This document shows, one piece after another, positions 20,907 to 27,775 of a stretch of DNA of 60,976 nucleotides (position 1 is its first letter; the number at the start of each line of letters is the position of its first letter). Source of the stretch: an uncultured Sandaracinus sp. (GTDB lineage Bacteria; Myxococcota_A; Polyangia; Polyangiales; Houyiibacteriaceae); assembly GCA_937982655.1 (NCBI GenBank), contig CALJLK010000352.1, positions 1 through 60,976 of the forward strand, in the 5' to 3' direction. The notes under the pieces are model-generated. The model did not search any database, had not been told where the DNA came from, and worked only from the letters and a program-made list of their open reading frames with translations. The position numbers and the translations under genes were made by a program.

Positions 20907-22025
20907 TCAACGACGACACCACGGCTCGTTGATCGTCGGCACCGCCGCCGAGTCGTCTGCCCACGCGCTCTCGATCTGCGAGCACGCCCAATCGCCCGCG
21001 CCGAGGGTGTCGACGCAGAGGGACCGCACGGCCGCACCGCACTCGGAGCGTGCCCGCTGAGAGGCCGCCGCTTCGGCAAAGGTCCGCTCGACCCAGCGCG
21101 CGGCCAGCCCCTGCAGGTACGACGCGCTCGCGTCGTCGAGCGAAGGCGGGGGATCGGCGATCGGGCGCAGACCAGACGCCGAGAGGCCGATGGGCGACTC
21201 CTGCAACACCACGCCGTAGTGCAAGAGCGAGATGAAGTAGTTGCCCTCGTTGGTGAGATGAACGTCGTCCGTGAAGATCTGGCGCAGGTTGGTCAGGCCG
21301 GCGGCTCGCCCCGCCGTCACGTCCTCCACGAGCTCGGCGAGGGCGCGCGCGGCAGGCACGACGAGCAGGGGCGGGTGGCTCCCACGGCTCTCGTTCAACC
21401 GTGACGCGACGCACTCCCAACCGATCGCGTCCCGGCGAGTCCGTTCGACGAAGCCCGAGGGTCGCGCCACGTCGATGGTCAGCCAACTCTCGAAGAAGAA
21501 CACGCGACCACCCGGGCTGCCTTCGTAGAAGGCGTCCCGGAGGCGACGGGCCATCGAGGTCGTTCGCTCGTATGCGATCGTCTGGACGATGTCGTGGCGC
21601 TCCGTGAACATCAGGGTGTCGTAGCGGCCGCTTCGAAGCTCGTCGGCCACTCGGAACGTCAGCGCGCTCCCGTCGGCCTGCTGACCGTTCAGCGGGCACG
21701 CCAGACGAATCGACAGCGTGGACCCGAGGCCCATCTGGAGCTGGTAGTCGACGTCCCGACCGTTGCGGGTCGCGAGCTGCTCGAAGAACGTCGGCGTGTT
21801 GACGTTGATGAGGCTGTGACCGGAGAAGAAGACTCGGGCGTCACCGCGTGGTTCGCCCGGGATCACCACGGGACCGCCGTCGACGGCGGGGTTGGCGCCG
21901 TCGAGCGCCCCCACGGTGCCCGAATCCTCGCCTCCTCCGACTCCCGAATCGCGCCCTCCGCTACCGGAGGTGGTCCCGGTGCAACCGACCGAAACGAAGA
22001 GAATGAGCGCCAAGTACGTCCGCAT
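20907..22025 (-). CDS. Hypothetical lipoprotein, possibly SGNH/GDSL-hydrolase-like
   Basis: Internal ATG gives MRTYLALILFVSVGC (lipobox). FFSGHSLIN and DDVHLTNEGNYF loosely resemble SGNH blocks I and V; this fold call is weak. Confidence 0.6.
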   Translation of the reverse strand: MRTYLALILFVSVGCTGTTSGSGGRDSGVGGGEDSGTVGALDGANPAVDGGPVVIPGEPRGDARVFFSGHSLINVNTPTFFEQLATRNGRDVDYQLQMGLGSTLSIRLACPLNGQQADGSALTFRVADELRSGRYDTLMFTERHDIVQTIAYERTTSMARRLRDAFYEGSPGGRVFFFESWLTIDVARPSGFVERTRRDAIGWECVASRLNESRGSHPPLLVVPAARALAELVEDVTAGRAAGLTNLRQIFTDDVHLTNEGNYFISLLHYGVVLQESPIGLSASGLRPIADPPPSLDDASASYLQGLAARWVERTFAEAAASQRARSECGAAVRSLCVDTLGAGDWACSQIESAWADDSAAVPTINEPWCRR

Positions 22026-22124
22026 CGGGCGTGTGATAGGGCGAACGGCCTCGAATGGCCAGCCTCCTCCGCGGGCCCCGAGCTGCACTGACGTTACCAC
22101 CGACGCTCGAACCACCGACCCGTG

Positions 22125-23822
22125 TCATCCAACGCGGACCGACGCCCAGTCGAGGCCGAAGCGCGCGAGGTACTTCCGCAGTCGGTCCGCGTCGTTCTTG
22201 CTGGTGCGGCGCGCGAGGCTCTTGTCGAAGAGCGCTCGCCCCGCGTCCGAGAGCGTCGCGCTCTGCGCACAGACCTCGAGCACCTTCTCGAGCTGCACGC
22301 GGTCGAAGAGATCGAGCGCGTGAGCCGCTTCGCCGAGCATCGCGTCCACCCGCGAGGTCCCGCTCGCCTCGCCCTCACCCCACGTCGCGCGCAGCCGCGC
22401 GATCTCGTCGTCGACCTCGACCTTCCGGATGCGGCCGCTCGGCGCGAGGGTCGCCATGCGCGCGACCGCGGCGCCGAGGTCGCGAAAGTTGTGGGTCCAC
22501 TTCGCATCCCCGCTGGTGGCGAAGCGCAGGAACGCGAGGCGCGCGTCGGTCGTGAAGGTCACGCGGCGGTCGGTCTGTCGCGCGAAGCGCTCGAGCTCGA
22601 AGTCGAGGTTCGGCTCGAGGTCGGCGAGCCGCTCGCGCAGGGTCGGCAGCCGGAAGTGCCAGAGGCAGATGCGCGCGAGGAGGTCTTCGCGAAAGCGCCC
22701 TTCCCGCACCTGCGCGAAGAGATCGCGGTTGGTGCCCGCGATGAGCTGGAAGTCGCTCTGCACCGGGCGATCCGCGCCGAGCGGCACGAAGCGTTTGTCT
22801 TCGATCGCCGTCAGCAACATCGCCTGCTCGTCGAGCCCGAGCTCGCCGATCTCGTCGAGGAAGACCACGCCGCCGTCCGCGCTCTGCAGCACGCCGCGAC
22901 GCTTGGCGTGCGCGCCGGTGAAGGCGCCGCGCTCGTGCCCGAAGAGGGTCGACATCGCGTGGTCGCCACGCAGCGTCGCGCAGTTCACCTCGACGAAGGT
23001 CTTGCTGCTCTGCCCGCGCTCGGACTTGAGGGCGTGGATGCGGCGGGCGAGCTGGGTCTTGCCGACGCCGGTGGGTCCCGAGAGCAGGATGGGCGCGCGC
23101 GAGCTCTCGGCGACGCGCTCGATGCGATCGATGAGCGTATTGAATCCAGGATCGCGCGTCGTGATCCCGGCTTTGAGAAAGCCGGTACGCACCTCGCGCT
23201 CGGCCTCGAAGCGTCGCGCGATGCGCTCGTAGCGCGCGAGGTCGAGGTCGATGATCGAGCAAGTCGAGCGCGGCTCGTCCGCTTCGCGCGCGGAGCGGTC
23301 CGGACCCGTGCGAGGCGGCGGGGAGGTCTGAAGCAACGCGCCGGGGAAGAAGCCGTTCTCGGTGAGGAGAAACAGGCAGATCTGCGCGACGTGCGTGCCC
23401 GTCGTGAGGTGCACGAGGTAGCGCTCGCGCTCGGGATCGAAGGGGTAGTCGCGCGCGAAGGCGTGGAGCGCCTCGTAGACCTCTTCGAAGTCCCACGGGT
23501 CCTTCACGTCGAAGTCGCGCCGACGAAAGTCGGTCTCCGGCGAAAGACGCGCTGCGTCTTCGAGAAACACTCGCAGATCCTCGTTTGGTCGACAGAGGAG
23601 CTCGAAGCGAGAGATCAGCAGATCGTCTTGTTGGAGCAGCCCGAGCGAGGGGCGCCAACGCTTCCAACGCTGCGCACCCTTCGGGGAGTCGAGGGTGGTG
23701 CCGTAGAAGCCGATCACCACCACGGGTCGAGGATCGTTCGTCACGCTCGCCAATCGTTCGACGTCGCGGACGGCTCGCTCGCAGGCTCCCCGCCGCACGC
23801 CATCGGGATCCAGACGACGCAC
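22125..23822 (-). CDS. rtcR: Sigma-54-dependent transcriptional regulator RtcR (CARF-like N-terminal domain + AAA+ + HTH)
   Basis: It is collinear with my recollection of E. coli RtcR (RWKRWRPSL..., HLTTGTHVAQICLFLL, IIDLDLARY, Walker A GPTGVGKT, FGHERGAFTGA, NDADRLRKYLARFGL). The ortholog alignment suggests the true start may be GTG 23744 (VTNDPRPVVVIGFYG). Confidence 0.9.
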   Translation of the reverse strand: MRRLDPDGVRRGACERAVRDVERLASVTNDPRPVVVIGFYGTTLDSPKGAQRWKRWRPSLGLLQQDDLLISRFELLCRPNEDLRVFLEDAARLSPETDFRRRDFDVKDPWDFEEVYEALHAFARDYPFDPERERYLVHLTTGTHVAQICLFLLTENGFFPGALLQTSPPPRTGPDRSAREADEPRSTCSIIDLDLARYERIARRFEAEREVRTGFLKAGITTRDPGFNTLIDRIERVAESSRAPILLSGPTGVGKTQLARRIHALKSERGQSSKTFVEVNCATLRGDHAMSTLFGHERGAFTGAHAKRRGVLQSADGGVVFLDEIGELGLDEQAMLLTAIEDKRFVPLGADRPVQSDFQLIAGTNRDLFAQVREGRFREDLLARICLWHFRLPTLRERLADLEPNLDFELERFARQTDRRVTFTTDARLAFLRFATSGDAKWTHNFRDLGAAVARMATLAPSGRIRKVEVDDEIARLRATWGEGEASGTSRVDAMLGEAAHALDLFDRVQLEKVLEVCAQSATLSDAGRALFDKSLARRTSKNDADRLRKYLARFGLDWASVRVG

Positions 23823-24051
23823 GCGACGTGGCGAGCCTGCGACGTACGGCGTCGGTCCTTGGCGTGGTGTCCACGCGCTTCCCCCAGTTCGTCGCGTCGC
23901 ATTCGTTCTTCCCCTTCCAGCAGGTCGTGCTGCAAGTCGTGCGGCAGCTCGACGCCCGAGATGGTGAGCGAAGCGCGCGATCGCCGGAAGCCTCTCGAGC
24001 TCCGAAGTGCGGCGTCGTGGTGGACCCTTGCGCTGCCCGCAGGCGTGGTGC

Positions 24052-26007
24052 TCAGCGCAAGGGCTCCGCGCTCCGCACGATCCCGAGCCCGAAGACCGTC
24101 AGCATGAGTCGATCGGTCGGATCGACGTGCGCGCGAACGTCGAACACCGGCGCGGCGGGCACGGGCTCGTCGTCGGCCGTCGGCACGCCGATCGCGGCCC
24201 AGCGCTCCGCGGCGCGGCGGAAGAGCCAGACGTCGAGGACGGTGCGCGTCATGCCCGACGGGAGGTCCGATGCGACGAAGCCGGCGGCCACGAGATCGTC
24301 GCGCGACGTCGTGGCGATGGGCAGGTACGCGACCTCGGCGGTCGTTCCGCCGCCGATCTGGACCCACGTGCGGCCCGCGTCGTCCGAGCGGCTCGGGTAG
24401 GTGTCGATGGTGTTGCAGTCCGATCCGATCGGGAAGTAGCTCGTGCTGTGGCCGAAGATCACGCCGTCGCTCGTGGCGGCAACGGGGACGTGATCGAGGA
24501 AGCCGTCGACCACGACTGCGCCTTCGGAGTCGACCAGCGCACCCCCGGGAGGCAAACGGCTCCACGTCGCACCGTCGTCCACGCTCTCGAGGAGCGTGCC
24601 GGTGCACCCTTCGCGCATGTACGCGAGCAGCCGATCCGGCAGCGCCACGAGCCGCTCGACGCTCGCGTCGCCCGAAAGGAGAACGGGCTCTCCCCACGTC
24701 GCGCCGCCGTCCTCCGAGAAGACGAGCGAAGGTGTGCGGTCTCCGGCGACCGTGGTCGCATACGCGAGGCGTCCCGCGCCGACGTCGAAGAGATCGACCG
24801 CTCCTGGGAGCTCACGCTCCCACGTCCACGCGCGCTGGCCGGGGCGGAAACGAAGCTGGTCGTTGCCCACCACGGCCACGAGCTCGCCGCTCGCGAGCGG
24901 GACCGCTCGAAGGAGGCCACCACCGGCCTCGTTCGAGACGCGCGCGAGCAACATCTCGACCTCTCCGTCCTCGCGCACCACGAGGGTCGGACCGCGGGTC
25001 TCGTCGGAGAGGTAGACCTCGTCGCCGCGGAGATACGCGCGGGTGCGTGGGATCTCCGCGTCGAGGAACGAACGCCAGGTGCGGCCGTCGTCGTCGGAGC
25101 GGAGACGGCTCTTCGGGAAGGTGAGCGTTCCGTCGGGGAGGATCTCGAAGTCCATCCAGTCGACGTCGGGGCCGGGGTTCGGGCCGATGGTCTCGTAGGT
25201 CGCACCGCCGTCGTAGGAGGCGACGGTGTTCGGGCCCTGGACGATCAACACGTTCCCCGCACGCGTGATCCACACGGGGTTGAGATCCCCGAGAGCGCCA
25301 CCGAGCCCCATCGGCACCGCCGGACCCTCGGACCAAGTCTGACCGCCGTCGACGCTCGTGTGGAAACCGAAGCGCGTCACCACGACGAGACCCGCGTCGG
25401 TCGAGTGCAGAGAGGCTCGGAAGCGCAGCGGCTCGTACGTCGTCGCGAGCGTCGGCAACGTCTCCCACTCGGCGTCTGGATCGGAGAGGTCGAGCCGGAA
25501 GAAGTAACCCACCGAGCGTTCGTCCGAGATGCTGCCGCCCTCAGTGATCTCCTCGACGAAGTGGTAGAGGAAACCGTCGTGGACGGCCCAGCCGCTGAGG
25601 TCGTCGCGCTCGCCGGAGAGGTTGCGGAAGGTGCCGGCCTCGAGGTCGGCGAGGGTGAAGGCGTTCAGCCCCGTCCGCACCACGCCGGTGGTGTCGCTCA
25701 GGAACACGAAGTCGGCGGGCAGGCGCCCCTCGGGTACGAGCTCGATCGCGCGCCACGTCGCGCGTCGGTCGAAGCTCACGTAGCGGTTGATCACCACGGT
25801 GTCTCCGCGAGTCCAGACCGCACGCACGATCGGGGTCAGGCCGTGTGGAGGTGGCGCGACCGATTCGAACGCGACCGGCTCAGGCTCGCGGGTGCCAGGC
25901 AACACCTCGTCGTCGTCGCCCCCGCAACCCAGGCCGAGGACGCCCGCGAGGAGCGTCGAAGCCAAGAGGGAACCGAGGATTCCGGGCCGGTCGAGCCTTC
26001 GAGCCAT
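24052..26007 (-). CDS. BNR/Asp-box repeat beta-propeller lipoprotein
   Basis: Lipobox LLAGVLGLGC. Six Asp-boxes are present (SVDGGQTWS, SYDGGATYE, SDDDGRTWR, SEDGGATWG, SVDDGATWS, SDDAGRTWV). Confidence 0.85.
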   Translation of the reverse strand: MARRLDRPGILGSLLASTLLAGVLGLGCGGDDDEVLPGTREPEPVAFESVAPPPHGLTPIVRAVWTRGDTVVINRYVSFDRRATWRAIELVPEGRLPADFVFLSDTTGVVRTGLNAFTLADLEAGTFRNLSGERDDLSGWAVHDGFLYHFVEEITEGGSISDERSVGYFFRLDLSDPDAEWETLPTLATTYEPLRFRASLHSTDAGLVVVTRFGFHTSVDGGQTWSEGPAVPMGLGGALGDLNPVWITRAGNVLIVQGPNTVASYDGGATYETIGPNPGPDVDWMDFEILPDGTLTFPKSRLRSDDDGRTWRSFLDAEIPRTRAYLRGDEVYLSDETRGPTLVVREDGEVEMLLARVSNEAGGGLLRAVPLASGELVAVVGNDQLRFRPGQRAWTWERELPGAVDLFDVGAGRLAYATTVAGDRTPSLVFSEDGGATWGEPVLLSGDASVERLVALPDRLLAYMREGCTGTLLESVDDGATWSRLPPGGALVDSEGAVVVDGFLDHVPVAATSDGVIFGHSTSYFPIGSDCNTIDTYPSRSDDAGRTWVQIGGGTTAEVAYLPIATTSRDDLVAAGFVASDLPSGMTRTVLDVWLFRRAAERWAAIGVPTADDEPVPAAPVFDVRAHVDPTDRLMLTVFGLGIVRSAEPLR

Positions 26008-26168
26008 CCACCGTTTCTATGGGCGTTCGCCTAGCAAAAACGTGATTTCTATCACACAAAGTTCCACCAGCTTGAAGGATTCCAACCGAAACCCATTTCG
26101 GCATGGGTCGCGGACTCGGAAAGGGCGCAGTCGAAACGGTAGTCCTTGCGATATGAACGGATAACATC

Positions 26169-26184
26169 CGATATCAGGATATCG
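26169..26184. promoter_or_regulatory. Perfect inverted repeat CGATATC-AG-GATATCG, candidate enhancer-binding (RtcR) site
   Basis: 7-bp arms, with a third CGATAT half-site at 26149-26154. The centre lies about 86 bp upstream of the candidate -24 element, inside an unusually AT-rich spacer. Confidence 0.4.
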
Positions 26185-26260
26185 CTCTGCCGATGCGCCC
26201 GAGCGCTCCGAGCCTCGCTTTTGTCGGCAAATTCGCGGCTTCATCCGGCTCGAACGCGCT

Positions 26261-26276
26261 CGGCACGCCTCTCGCT
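26261..26276 (+). promoter_or_regulatory. Candidate sigma-54 (-24/-12) promoter of rtcB
   Basis: CGGCACGCCTCTCGCT compared with the consensus TGGCACG-N4-TTGCW: GGCACG matches exactly, the GG-to-GC spacing is correct, and the -12 element is TCGC rather than TTGC. It lies about 55 nt upstream of the rtcB ATG, and rtcB is the known RtcR/sigma-54 target in E. coli. Confidence 0.5.
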
Positions 26277-26328
26277 CTACGGTCCTTCAACGGCTGACGA
26301 CGTCGGCCTCGACACTGGAGACAGAGCC

Positions 26329-27591
26329 ATGGACACGCGCGACTACGACGTGATGACGACCCCGGACGGCGGCCTCGTGAAGATGTGGACCCGTGGGGTG
26401 GTGGTGGAGGACGCGGCGCGCGCGCAGCTCGCGAACGTCGCGTCGTTGCCCTTCATCCACAAGTGGGTCGCGGTGATGCCTGACGTGCACTGGGGCATGG
26501 GCGCGACGGTCGGCTCCGTGATCCCGACGAAGCAGGCGATCGTGCCGGCCGCGGTCGGTGTGGATCTCGGCTGCGGGATGATGGCAGTGAAGACCTCGCT
26601 GCGCGCCGAGCACCTGCCCGACGATCTGAAGGGCGTGCGCTCGGCGATCGAGGCCGCGGTGCCGCACGGCCGCACGCTCTCGCGATCGACGAAGCGCGAT
26701 CGCGGCGCGTGGGGTGAGCCGCCGGACGTCGTGGCGGACGTGTGGGCGCGCAAGCTCGCGGCCGAGTTCGCGGTGCTCTGCGACAAGCACCCGAAGCTCG
26801 CGCAGAGCAACCACGTGACGCACCTCGGAACCCTCGGGACGGGGAACCACTTCATCGAGCTCTGCCTCGACGAGGCGGGCGATGTGTGGGTGATGTTGCA
26901 CTCCGGCTCGCGTGGGGTCGGGAACCGCATCGGCTCCTACTTCATCGAGCTCGCGAAGGAGGACATGCGCACGTGGCACGTGAACCTTCCGGACGAGGAC
27001 CTCGCGTACTTGCCCGAGGGTACGTCGCACTTCGACGACTACGTCGAGGCGGTGGATTGGGCGCAGCGCTTCGCGCGTGAGAACCGCGAGGTGATGATGC
27101 GCGCGACGCTCGCCGCGCTCCGCAAGGTGCTCGGCGACGGCTCGACCCGGTCGGCGGGGTCAGCCGCCGACTTCACGACGGCGGACGTGGCGGTGAACTG
27201 CCACCACAACTACGTCGCGAAGGAGCACCACTACGGCGCCGACGTGTGGGTGACCCGCAAGGGCGCGGTGCGCGCGGGCGCGGGTGAGCTCGGCATCATC
27301 CCGGGGTCGATGGGAACGCGTTCCTACATCGTCCGCGGGAAGGGAAACGCCGAGAGCTTCTGCTCCTGCTCGCACGGCGCGGGTCGCGCGATGAGCCGCG
27401 GGGAGGCGAAGCGGCGCTTCACCCTCGAGGACCACGCGAAGGCGACCGCGGGGATCGAGTGCCGCAAGGACGAGGACGTGATCGACGAGACGCCGATGGC
27501 CTACAAGGACATCGACGCCGTCATGGCCGCGCAGGCCGACCTGGTCGACGTGGTGTACGTGCTGCGCCAGGTGGTGTGCGTGAAGGGATGA
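26329..27591 (+). CDS. rtcB: RNA 3'-phosphate ligase RtcB
   Basis: Start at MDTRDYDV, with GGAGA 9-13 nt upstream. Hallmark motifs are MPDVHWGMG, GTLGTGNHFIE, NCHHNY and FCSCSHGAGR, with C-terminus RQVVCVKG. It is collinear with E. coli RtcB. Confidence 0.95.
   Translation: MDTRDYDVMTTPDGGLVKMWTRGVVVEDAARAQLANVASLPFIHKWVAVMPDVHWGMGATVGSVIPTKQAIVPAAVGVDLGCGMMAVKTSLRAEHLPDDLKGVRSAIEAAVPHGRTLSRSTKRDRGAWGEPPDVVADVWARKLAAEFAVLCDKHPKLAQSNHVTHLGTLGTGNHFIELCLDEAGDVWVMLHSGSRGVGNRIGSYFIELAKEDMRTWHVNLPDEDLAYLPEGTSHFDDYVEAVDWAQRFARENREVMMRATLAALRKVLGDGSTRSAGSAADFTTADVAVNCHHNYVAKEHHYGADVWVTRKGAVRAGAGELGIIPGSMGTRSYIVRGKGNAESFCSCSHGAGRAMSRGEAKRRFTLEDHAKATAGIECRKDEDVIDETPMAYKDIDAVMAAQADLVDVVYVLRQVVCVKG
27147..27174 (+). 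repeat. Palindromic repeat copy inside the rtcB coding sequence (in frame)
   Basis: GTCGGCGGGGTCAGCCGCCGAC at 27150-27171 has 8-bp arms and a 6-nt loop. It is translated as TRSAGSAADFTT. Confidence 0.9.
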
Positions 27592-27775
27592 GGCGTTCGG
27601 CGCTTCTCTCGTGATCGAAACGCTCGTGGGCAGACGAGCGAGTGCGTTGGCGTGCGAGCGCCGATCGGAGCGATCCGGTCGGCGTTCGCCTTTTGTAGGG
27701 CCTCGTTTCACGGCTCTGGCGTCGTGATCCGCGGCCCACGCGAGGATGCTCTCTCGAGCAGGCACGCGACGCCGC

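Noticed and set aside
20907-22025. Calling this lipoprotein a definite SGNH esterase.
   Set aside because: Only loose resemblance to blocks I and V is present (GHSL instead of GDSL, DDVHLT). I kept it as a hypothetical lipoprotein with a weak fold hint.
26017-26244. 75-aa ORF on the minus strand, ending 10 nt before the BNR-lipoprotein start.
   Set aside because: It lies in the AT-rich regulatory spacer and has odd composition (Cys/Arg/Phe). It has no SD or recognisable family and overlaps the predicted enhancer site. I cannot exclude a small leader protein, but I have no support for one.
26010-26328. Search for a Y-RNA/YrlA-like ncRNA, or for rsr, rtcA or archease partners near rtcB.
   Set aside because: No tRNA-like T-arm (GGTTCGAAT-type) or long terminal stem is visible. 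No ORFs resemble Ro60, RtcA or archease anywhere in the window.
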